A stretch of DNA of 55,611 nucleotides, taken from assembly GCA_965644315.1 (NCBI GenBank), contig CBFFRQ010000211.1, positions 1 through 55,611 of the forward strand, written 5' to 3'. The stretch is from Caecitellus pseudoparvulus (lineage: Eukaryota; Protista; Bigyra: Bicosoecida). The first letter of the stretch is position 1, and the number at the start of each line of letters is the position of its first letter. Of the stretch, positions 10,977-20,960 are shown in pieces. Below the pieces are notes generated by a model that saw nothing but the letters and a program-made list of their open reading frames with translations, had not been told where the DNA came from and made no database searches. Made by a program: the position numbers and the translations under genes.

Positions 10977-13904
10977 CTAACTTTCCAAATGTCAAGCTAA
11001 TCACAAGTTGTGAAGTGCTAACATTGCCTAATCCAGGCGCTCGTGCACCCAAGTGTGGTGTTGCACAGTGCTTGCTGGTTGGGTGGTGCGCACCGGGGCG
11101 GGGTAGTGCGAATTCCGCACACCATCGCACCGTGGCTCCCAGTTTGCGCCCTCGGTCGGGGCATGCACCTGGGATCGACATCAAAAGCATCATTGACAAG
11201 CATCATGAACGCCCAAGTGGATCAAGTCCTGGGGGTCCTCTTCGTGGAGGGGTGCCTGAAGCGCAAGCAAGTGCTCGGCCCCAGAACAGGTGTCTTCACT
11301 GACATGCCACGTCGGGGTGCCGCACGCACCTTCGAGCTTGGAGGACCCCTGCCCAAGACTGATCATGATAGTTCATCTTCGGCACGGGACATGTGGCTCG
11401 AGGTCTATGGGGAAGCCGCCGAACGGCTGATCCCAGGGCTGAGTGCGGAATTCGGCAACGCCAATGCGGCCCTGCGCCAGGGACCCACCGGATCGCCAAC
11501 CATCCTCGTCACGCTCGGAAGTGAGGGTGATTCACCAACAGTGGCACGTCAACTTCGCATTCTTGCTGCTCAAGAGGACGACTTCGCCATTCGAGTCGGC
11601 CAAGGTGGGTTCGTCGCCGTGGCCTACACCAACACCAAGCAGTTCGCATCGGCGAAGGCGAAAGTGAAGGTGAAGGCCCACCCCACCGCCATCCAAGTGG
11701 CCCACCAAGTGACCAAGGAAGCAACCGAAATCGCCTGCCAGTCAGGTGATGTTGCCAAGGTCATGTGCCTCGTTAGGTCCCACTTCGACCATGGCCCCGT
11801 GCCAGCCCAAGCCGTCCGTCCCAGTGTCAGACAATCCGTCCCCTCCGAGGGTGATGCACCTGTCGACACCAAGACACCATCGACCTGGACTGACACTCAG
11901 CTCGACAAGGCACCGAAGAAGAAGAAGACCCGTCGAGGCAAGCGAGGAAAGGGCAAGTCAGCCGGACGATCCCTCACCTTCGAGGACGTCTTCATCAAGA
12001 ACGTCCGGCCACCTGCACCTCGACCAACCTCACCACCTGCCACCCAAGGCTCACCCAAAGATACCGTCACCACCCCTGTGGTGCATGCCATGTTGCCTTC
12101 ATCAAGGGTGCAGCGGGGCGTCGACCGCAAGTGGCCGTCCCCCACCCCGTCGGGCGAGGCAAGCCCCGAGGTGCACCGGTATCGGCCGTCTGCAGCAGCA
12201 GCATGGGAGGTGATCACAAGGGTGGTGCCTCTTCATGACAGTGTGCGGACACCCGAGCACCTGGCCGAGTACCCCATCAAGCCTGGCCCTCTGGCCGACC
12301 TGCTGTCATCGACCCACGTGTACTCTAACGTGGGGGGGCGGGCCTGTGTCCAGGCCTGTCTCGAGACGGCAGCAGGGGAGAGGGTCTTCGAGGCTGGGGA
12401 CCTCCTCCTACTCCAGCATGCAGCCACCATCAACGCTGCCCAGCTTGCCTTCAAGCACATGGTCAGGCAGCTGGAGGGGGTGGTCAGTGACTCGTCCAGC
12501 TCGGACATCATGGACGTCGGCCAGAAGCCACCCTCCCCCTTCCGCTCAGACGGGCAACGGGTGGCCGTCTTCCGCAACATGCTGCACCAGCACTCGCCGG
12601 ATGACACCTTCCTGGCCCCAGGTACACCACCAGTCCTGCTTCCCGGCCTGCACCTGCTCATCGACCGCATCAACCAAGGGTACCGTGCCCCAGCCGGGCA
12701 TGATGACCTTGGCCAGGCCGGCGTCGACCCCAGCCAGGTTGATGAAGAGGGTGACCAAGAGGGGCACCTCGACGGAGTGCTGTATGCCTTCGCACTTCGA
12801 GAGGTGTGGACCGACAACACGGCCCATCTGCAGCTCATCCTCGTCGACCATGATCGAGGCAAGCTGGTGCTGTGGAACCCCGACATCCCTGACCTCCATG
12901 ACGAGCTGCCCCTGCACAAGTGCATGACCCGGCTGGCAGCCGAAGGCATCAACGTCTTGTACCGGATCTGGACCACACCCGAGGCGGGCAGTCCAGCACC
13001 CTTCCGGGACAGGCTTCGAGGGGCACTCCAGTCTCTCCGAGATGACTTCCCCCCCCTGCCTCACAAGGCCACCGACGGCACCGTGCACCCCCAGACCCTC
13101 ATCGCTGGCAAGGGCACAAGGGTGGCCATGCCTCATGGGCGGATGACCCGACAGCAGGCCGCCACCCTGGAGGCTGAGGTCAAGGACCCCCTCAAGCGGC
13201 TGGTGCCTGAAGACGGCGAGGGTCGCCTGCCCAAGGTCAAGGATGTGCCCCACATCTCGATCGGGCAGATGGGTGGACGCCTGATGTAAGTCACCTGTGG
13301 GGGCATACTCCCTGTGCCACACATGACTGAAGCTTTGTGTCGCGACCGACGCACATAGCTGACATCGGACATTGGAAAGTCCAACCCAACCTCACCATCA
13401 CCAACCCAACATCGATACCAACACATCAGGACTCGGCTCAGTGGAAGGGGAAGGCACTTGCAGCAAGATCTGTGAGGCCGCCCCCAAACCTGAGCCGAAG
13501 GGACAGCCGGGCTGGGTCGTGTGCTTGCATCTCAGCAACACCCAGTCCGTGTCGAGTCCATATCCTCCAGCCCACACCGCCACCCAAGCCAAGCAAGTCG
13601 GGTCTCCACCCCTGGACATCGGACCGAGACGGACGAGACTGGACTGGACGGACAAGACAAGAGTGGACCGAGACCTGGACCTACACCTCAAGACCATCCC
13701 ACCGGGGCGGGCGCTGAAGCGCCAAGACAGACGGCGACTTATACAACGGACACGAGTCTGTGCTAGTCGCAAAGCCGTGCAAGCGGTGCCGTCGTGGTGT
13801 CTGTGTCACTGCATTCTGTTGTGGCGCAGGTGGCACCACATGTCCAAGCCCAAGCTGTACCATGATGTAGCCTGCATGGAGGCAATCTGCAATGCATTGA
13901 GTAG
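10977..13904 (+). mobile_element. ORF1-only non-autonomous telomeric retroelement (unit 3, 2928 bp)
   Basis: Tandem copy of unit 2; 3' end ...AATGCATTGAGTAG joined to the telomeric scar. Confidence 0.92.
11205..13289 (+). CDS. Intact ORF1 protein of the telomeric retroelement (694 aa from ATG 11205; alternative ATG 11163)
   Basis: Long open frame; basic NLS-like PKKKKTRRGKRGKG; Pro-rich linker; occupies the position upstream of APE-RT in unit 1; no gag CCHC knuckle visible. Confidence 0.85.
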   Translation: MNAQVDQVLGVLFVEGCLKRKQVLGPRTGVFTDMPRRGAARTFELGGPLPKTDHDSSSSARDMWLEVYGEAAERLIPGLSAEFGNANAALRQGPTGSPTILVTLGSEGDSPTVARQLRILAAQEDDFAIRVGQGGFVAVAYTNTKQFASAKAKVKVKAHPTAIQVAHQVTKEATEIACQSGDVAKVMCLVRSHFDHGPVPAQAVRPSVRQSVPSEGDAPVDTKTPSTWTDTQLDKAPKKKKTRRGKRGKGKSAGRSLTFEDVFIKNVRPPAPRPTSPPATQGSPKDTVTTPVVHAMLPSSRVQRGVDRKWPSPTPSGEASPEVHRYRPSAAAAWEVITRVVPLHDSVRTPEHLAEYPIKPGPLADLLSSTHVYSNVGGRACVQACLETAAGERVFEAGDLLLLQHAATINAAQLAFKHMVRQLEGVVSDSSSSDIMDVGQKPPSPFRSDGQRVAVFRNMLHQHSPDDTFLAPGTPPVLLPGLHLLIDRINQGYRAPAGHDDLGQAGVDPSQVDEEGDQEGHLDGVLYAFALREVWTDNTAHLQLILVDHDRGKLVLWNPDIPDLHDELPLHKCMTRLAAEGINVLYRIWTTPEAGSPAPFRDRLRGALQSLRDDFPPLPHKATDGTVHPQTLIAGKGTRVAMPHGRMTRQQAATLEAEVKDPLKRLVPEDGEGRLPKVKDVPHISIGQMGGRLM

Positions 13905-13917
13905 CTAACCCCTAACC
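13905..13917. repeat. Interstitial telomeric scar CTAACCCCTAACC
   Basis: Two imperfect CCCTAA units, same polarity as the terminal telomere, exactly at the proximal end of the array. Confidence 0.85.
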
Positions 13918-14133
13918 TCATTTATGGATTTATTGTCCCCCTCGAGCCACAGCAAGCAGCTCTGGAAACTCAGCAGTCTCAGTACGCCCACCCTGACCTC
14001 ATCCACCCACAATGCGCCAAGCAGCCATCTGTGTTCAAAGTGCATTGCCTTCACACAGCCCACCAGGTGCACAAGGGTCAGCCGATCCGCACACCAGCTT
14101 CCCACCGCAGCCGCTGAGCAAACTTGACACAAC

Positions 14134-17100
14134 TCAGTCTTTGGGCTGCAGGTTCTTGATGGCGTCGGCGATGCGCTGCTTGAGCGCAGTGGCCTTTTCC
14201 CTGAGCTGTTTTGCCACTTGAGAAGGGTCTGTTCCTGCCGCCAGGCCCAGGCCGCCGGCCAGGGGCATGGCGGAGTTGACCACTGCGCCAAAGGTGCTGC
14301 CGCCCGACATGGCCTGCACGCCCAGCAGGATGAAGACGAGCATGATGACGAGCAAGACCACAAGCACCATGAGGCTGTACAACAAGACGTCCCACGAGAG
14401 GCCCATGGCTGAGAGGGCTGCTTCGGTGATTTCCCGCAGCAGGATGTGGATGCCCGCCTTGAACTCCTGGCGGTCCAGCACGTTGTCCGACTCGATGACG
14501 TCCAGAGACGCGAAGATGCGCTTGGCCCGCTCGTTGGTCAGGGGCAGTGACGCATTGGCAGTGAAGTCCACGAACTCGTCGAAGGAGATGCCGCCGCCGT
14601 CAGTGTCAAAGGCGTCGTACAGCAGGTCGATGGCTTGGTCGGACAGGCGCCCGTTGACGAGGGGCAGGGAGGCGAACTTGTTGGCGAGCTTGGTCTTGGT
14701 GCCCGCCACGACGCTGTCCATGGCCGCCTTGGCCTTGTCCTTGGCAGCGTCCAGGGCCACCTTGGCCGCTGCAGTTGCCGCTGCAGTGGCGGCAGAGGCA
14801 GCTGCGCCGGGAGATGAGGTGTCTACTCCAGCCCGCTGCAGCTGCTCCACGAGGCCAGTGATGATGTTGATAATGGTCTCCAGGCGGTCCTTGTTGAAGC
14901 CGCCGAACTGCAGGGCCAGCTTGCGCACGCCGGAGATGTCTCTGCGCGACAAGGACAGGATGGCGTCCACGATGGCCAGGGCGCCGTGCTGCTCCACCGG
15001 CACCACACTCTCCAGCAGCTGCATGATGTGCTCTTGCCGCTTCCCCAGCTCCTCCGCCACCGCCTTGCTCACTGCCAGCGCCTTCTTGGCAGAGCTGCCG
15101 CTGGTGGAGCCCGCTGCAGACACGGCTGCCGCAGCCGCCGCGCCACTCTGCCCTGCCGTTTGTGCGCGGGACGCGACAGAGGCAGCTGAGCCAATGACGG
15201 ACTCAGCCTGTGACGCAGCGACATTGGAGACGTCTTCCAGGGCACGCAGGCGGGCCTGCATGAGCGCGATGAAGTGCTGGATGACGCCGAGGGCGGCCAC
15301 GAGCTTGGGCTCGTTCTGCACCAGCGCCTGCACGAAGACGGGGATGGTGGTGAGGAGCTCACCAGGGTTGCCGCGCAGGAGGATGCCGCCCAGCGTAACG
15401 GCCAGGAACTTGGGGTCGCGCAGGCGCTTGGCGAAGATCTCGTCGCCACTGCCCTGTGACAGGAAGTCCGTCACCATGCCCAGGGATGCGAGGGCCCCCT
15501 GTGCCTGGGAAATGCCGCCTGAGATGGCCCCTGCCGCGCTGCCCACAGCTCCCAGAGCGGAGTCCCGCGCACCCATGATGTCCGCACTGAGCAGGGAGGA
15601 TAAGTTGGCGCCGCCCACCATGCTGCTGGCGGCGTCCTGCGCCTGACCTGCCGCTGCACTAGCAGACGCACTCAGCGCAGCCAGAGGCGCTGCCACAGAC
15701 GTCGCAATGCCATGTGAGACTTGTGACGCTGCGAACTTGACCACCGCCATTGAGGCCTGTGCAGCCTGCGACACCTGCCCCTTGCGGGACCGGGCCGCCT
15801 TGCCTGACGTGTCGCGCTGCAGGACTGCCTGCACCTTGTCCACTGGCCCCAGCAGGCCCATGGCAGACTCGATGGAGGACGGTGACACGCTCTGCAGCAG
15901 CTTCACCTCTTCGAAGCTGGTCAGACCGGGAGGCAGCTCTTGGCCTCCATGGGACACCTCCCGGACGCGCTGCACGATGGCCTCGGCGGCCGGCTTGGGC
16001 AGGCGTCGCAGCAGGAGGCGGATGAGGGAGTTCCGGATGCTTTCGTTGTGCAGCAGAGTGAGCTGCACGGTGTTTTGTGTCAGCATGACGCGGGGAATGC
16101 CAAGGATGCGGCAGAGGCCCGTCGCGACGTCGCCCTGCATGAGGGAGAAGAAGCCGATGAGGACGCGGTCCACCTCCGGCAGGACAAAGGCCGGGTTGGC
16201 GCCCCACACAGCCCTGGACAGCAAGCGCACAGAAGCGCCCTTCACGCCAAAGTACTTCTCCATCGTGCGGTTGGACATGCCCCGCAGGGACTGCAGTGGG
16301 TGCAAGCCCACCCCCACACTCCAACGCTGTGCCGCCTGCAGCACAGGCAGCACTTGGTCCAGCAACCAAGGCCTGCGGGTGGTCTCTTCGTCCCCGCGGT
16401 CGCCGGAAGATGCCGCCACAGCTGCAAGGGCAGGGCCGGCAGCCCGCGCCACGGGAAGAATGCGCAGCAATCCCTCAGCAGGCGGCAAACGCCCTGTCAC
16501 GAACTTCAGGATGGTGCTGAGCACGCGGGCCGTGGCACGCACAGGCTTGGCCTCACTGCCGACGTCGTCGTCCTCCTCCCTGCAGAAGGGGATGTTGCTG
16601 AAGCGGGCAGACTCCACACGCGTCAGCAGCTTCAGAGCCCTGTCCAGGTCAATGCAGGCGCTGTCACGCGTCAAGTCCAGGCCCGCCTCGGCGGAAGCAC
16701 GTGCAAGGTCGTCGCGGACAGCCAGAGACTTAACGGCTGCCGCGGCATCGTGGGAGGACAGCGTGCGCATTTCATCTTCGTCGATCATCAGCTGCACCGT
16801 CGCAGAGCTGCTGCGCGCATCGCCCACCAGGCGGTGGAACTGGTTCATGTGTTCCTCCTGCTTCTTGGCGAACTTGTCGCTCATCTCCGCCTCCACGAAC
16901 TCGTCCAGGCGGTCTCGCTGCGAGTACAGGTCAGACACGAACGCCATCTGCATGCGCATGGCATCGTGCACGGGCAAGTTGGCGCCGTTCACTGCCTCCA
17001 CCATGTCCAGGCGCAGCTCTTCAGCCACGGCCTGGGACGTGAGCAACTCCCCGATGGGGCGGTAACCTGCCATGGCCCGCGCATTCATGTGCTTCATCTG

Positions 17101-20100
17101 GGCGCGGTGCACGTGGAAGCGGCAGTGAAACTTGCCTCGCATGACGCTGATGGAAAAGGCGGGGTAGATGGGCATGCCTTGCAGGTCCAGGTTCTTGAAA
17201 GCGACGCCCATGGGTGCGTCGAAGTTCCCGTTCAGACCGAAGGTCATGGTGCGCTTGTCGTAGTCCACGGCGCAGCTGATGATGTCGCCGTTCTCCCACT
17301 CACTGCCGAAGGAGCCGTCATCCCCGCCATTCCACTTCTTCCGGCGCTGGCCGTCCCAGGCCCACGAGTTGGGGTCGTCGCCAACGCCATTGTTGCGCTT
17401 GGTCGTGAAGGCGTTGTTCACCCAGCCCACCTGCAGGTACCGGTCTCGCCCAGAGAACATCTGCAGCTCGTAGTAGTACCTGCCTGACGTCACCGCTGCG
17501 CCTGGAATGGCCACAGTGGGGAACGAGGACGCTTTGCTGGTGTTCAGGGAGTACCGCACGCGGCCACTGCTGTCCCCCATGAACAGCCCATCGATGCCGA
17601 GGATCTGGTACTTCCGCCTGCGAGACACCATGGGCAGGGGGCGCGTTGGCCCACCAGCGTTGAACTCGGGCGCATACTTGCTCTGCAGCACCTTGTGGCT
17701 CTCGCTGCCTGCATACCGCAGCGCGTCGTCGCTGTCGTCCATGACTGCAAAGTCAAAGTAGTCCTCCGCCTCTGCCACCTGGTCGCCGCCCTTGGGCGAC
17801 ATAGCTGAGCCGCGTCGGGGGCTTCCCTTGGAATCCGGTGAGCCGAAGCCCTTCTTCTTGCTCTGCCCTGCCAGCACCCGCACAGTGCTCATCTTCAGCA
17901 TGGCGTCCTCCTTGTGTTCATCCAGGTCATCATTGTCCTCACCAGGGTTGCCGCTGGAGGAGAGGCGGCCGGGAGAGCCGTCCTGGGCTGGCTTGGCTTG
18001 CCCACTGCCATGTTTCTGCTTCTCTTCCGCTTCAAATCCGCCTGGGCTGTCTGCCCGACCCGAGGCAGGGGTTGGCAGAGGAGGTGGTGCCTTGGACTCG
18101 CCAGCGCCGTCCTGCGGTACAGACGATGAAGACTCGTGCAGGCCACTCGCACCTGAGCCCGTCAGCTGTGCAGAATGCTCCGCACGGGCCTCCAAAGCTG
18201 AGGATCGATGCCTGGCGCCCACTCCGCTCAAGTCCACCTTGGACACTTGCGTGGAGGGATCCTCCGCGTGGCTTGCTTCGGACAAGCAGATGAAGTTGTT
18301 GTGCATGTCCAGAGTCATCAGCTTGATCTTGCGATCGGCGCCAGTGGTGATGAAGAGGGAGTCAATGGCAGCGGACAGCCTGTCCACCCGCAGTGTCGGC
18401 ATGGAGGAGCTGATCCACGGCCCCATCTTGTGCTGGAAGTCCTTGCTCATGGGCACGATCTGCGTGATGCTGCCCTCGTGTTGGGGTGCCATCTCAGCCA
18501 CCACCCGCCAGTCCATCCACGATGACTCCGTGACATGAGCAGAGCGAGGCGCGCCGACCACAGCCAGCAGTCGCCCATGTGACGTGCCCACCAAGATGAC
18601 GTCATTGGGGGTAGGCATGCTGGGGTGCGGCGCATCAACCACGATGGCCTCCTCCTCCTCACCCATGGACGCTTGCTTCTCTGTGGCAGCAGCCACGTAG
18701 TCCAACCACACCTGCCGCTGTACTTTGCCGTCATCGTCGGTGGCCTCCCACTTCACCGCCAGGGGGTTCGCGATGGACGAGACCTGCGTAATTCGCTCCC
18801 CTGTAGACAGCTCGATGACCTCGGCGGCAAAGCGGTGCAAGCAGGCGCTTGCTCCGTGACATTGCTGAAGTAGATGCCGCCGGCACTCGTCACCGTCGCA
18901 AACCACGACAGAGCTCCCCAAGCCTTCTGATTGGCAGGGACATGGTCAATGAGGGGCAGTTGGCTCTTGTACTTCAACTGCAGCCCCGTCACTGGCGCTG
19001 CGGCAAACTCGCGGGACGCGTCTGTGTCTGGACCCAGCCTGTTCCGCACCTCTCGCGTGGCCCCGACAAAGGCAGAGGGGAAGGCGAAGCAGTACGACAC
19101 GATGCCAACGGGGTTGCCGTCATCGGGAATGGGGCCGTGCAGCAGCAGGCGCGCCTGTCGCTCCTTCTCTAGGGTCGCCTCGTCCCCGTCTTCCAACAGC
19201 ACATGCCCGTTGCCGCAATGGAAGACGTAGATATCCCGCCCAGCAGTGAGCAAGTACTTCGTATCGTAGCCGCCGGTGTCTGGATCCCTTAGAGGCCAGT
19301 GCGCTGTGAAGTTGTTCAAGCGCCCTGGAAGCAACTTGGCGGTGATGTGCTTGGCTGACTTCAGCCACTTCGTTGTGGCGCCCAGCGGCTCGGCATCCAG
19401 CTGGGTCAGTCGCCAGGGCACAATAGGCTTCGACGCAGTCTGCACGAACAGGGCTGGCTCCTCCTCCTCAGTGGGGAACCGCTTCGTGCCTTGGACGAGC
19501 GTTCGAGCATCCATGAAGCACTTGCCGTCCTCCCCCGTCAATGGAGTGTCCAGCTTCTCCAGCCTGACGGGAACGGGCTCGTACCCTTCGCCAGGCGGCA
19601 CGCTCATCTCCCGCAAGAATGCTGGCGGGTCGCTCTCGCCTGAGTCTGCGACGCCCGCGGCCGAATCGTGCACTTCCACAGCGGCGAAGTCGCCCTCCAC
19701 ACGGTCGTTGGAGATGCCCCACACGCAGACACCGACCTTGTCAATGCCCACCAGAGCCACTGACCGCGCACCAGAAGTCTCTCGCTCACCACGGCACAAA
19801 GACTCGACTGCTTCGCCCTCCGTCTGCACGCCTTGGCCAAGCTCTTGGATGTACTGCAGGCTGGCGTTCACCTGCCGCACACACACAGAGCCTCGGGAGT
19901 CACCTGTCACGAGACGCAAGCAGGCATGCCCCTCATCTGATGACGAGTTCCGGATGAAGGCGGCGGCGATGATGCCTTCAAGAGTGGCCACTGACGATGT
20001 CGGGTGTGGCGCAATAAGGTGTGGCACGATGCTGCCACCGCAGCGCTCATCGTCAGCCCTTGATGTTGCAACGCCACGCATATCGAACATGGTCGTGTTG

Positions 20101-20579
20101 AAGTCAATGGCTTCACATAAAGTCCGCAGGGGTTCTGGCACATCAACTTCCTCCACAGGCACATGCTTGAAATCCCAACGCCAACACCTCTCGAAGGGCA
20201 CTCCTTCATCCGTGGCAGAAAGCAAGGCAGACAAGGTATCCCACACAAGTACACATCCTGACATCAGCAGGTAGCGATGAGGACATGCTCCCCTGCCTTC
20301 AACTTGGTCACTATGCCGCCAGCGGCACCTCTGCAGGCCTTCCCCACTGCAGCCACGAACTCCCACACGCAGCAGCGGCATCAAGGAGGATTTATAGCCT
20401 TCACGTCTCGCACAAAGCGGTGCATCCATAGTGTGTATCCACCAGCTCCAGCGGCCGCCCCAACTTGCGCCAGCTTCTCCAGAATTGACGCCGGCAGGCA
20501 TGGCAAACACAACCGATTTCCGCAGCACGGTTTGCCGCACTGCGCAGCCCTCTGGCGGCTTGCCATTGAGTGGTGGCAC
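14134..20579 (-). CDS. Large membrane-anchored protein: putative beta-propeller N-terminus, SPRY domain, helical region, EF-hand pair, C-terminal TM helices; one frame break near 18840 (5' end uncertain)
   Basis: Overlapping ORFs 18753..20579 and 14134..18921; SPRY motifs GRYYYE, LQVGW, GVGDDPNSWAWDG, WENGDIISCAVD, IYPAFS; EF-like DAFDTDGGGISFDEF and DVIESDNVLDRQEF; hydrophobic LLYSLMVLVVLLVIMLVFILLGV; WD-like ILVGTSHGRL, FITTGADRKIK. Confidence 0.8.
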
Positions 20580-20960
20580 GAAGGAGACTTCCTAGGCAAT
20601 ATGAACATAGAAAGTTCCAGTCTTGGTCATCCAAACCTCATGTTCCTGTCCTTCTCACTGCCAAGCTGGCATCGTTAGCTGAAACATCACAACCGCAGCG
20701 TTTGCCGCTGCAAGGCGTTGCTTTAGAAGGCGCAGGACCCCATGAATGGAAATTCTTTCTTGCGCCCATTGGCACCTCGCAACTTTTCGTTGTTTCATGA
20801 CTATATTGTTCCACGAGCTCCATGGCTCGTATCCGGTTTGCCCCGCAACGCGTGCCAAGCCTGGCAAGGTGCTTGGTGGTGAACACGATGAAAGCGTTAA
20901 AATCCTTCGTCGGATTCATGTCTGACGCAAGAGGGCTCTTGCCGAAAGGTTTGTGCCACG

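Noticed and set aside
8050-13904. Units 2 and 3 as LTRs or as a plain segmental duplication of a host gene
   Set aside because: They are adjacent with no internal region, and their boundaries coincide exactly with the termini of unit 1. An assembly-inflated copy number (2 versus 1) cannot be excluded without reads.
13372-13908. 178-aa ORF in the half-element 3' region (also 10444-10980) as a second gene
   Set aside because: Non-ATG start, no motifs, overlaps the structured 3' UTR, and no convincing protein-level conservation with unit 1.
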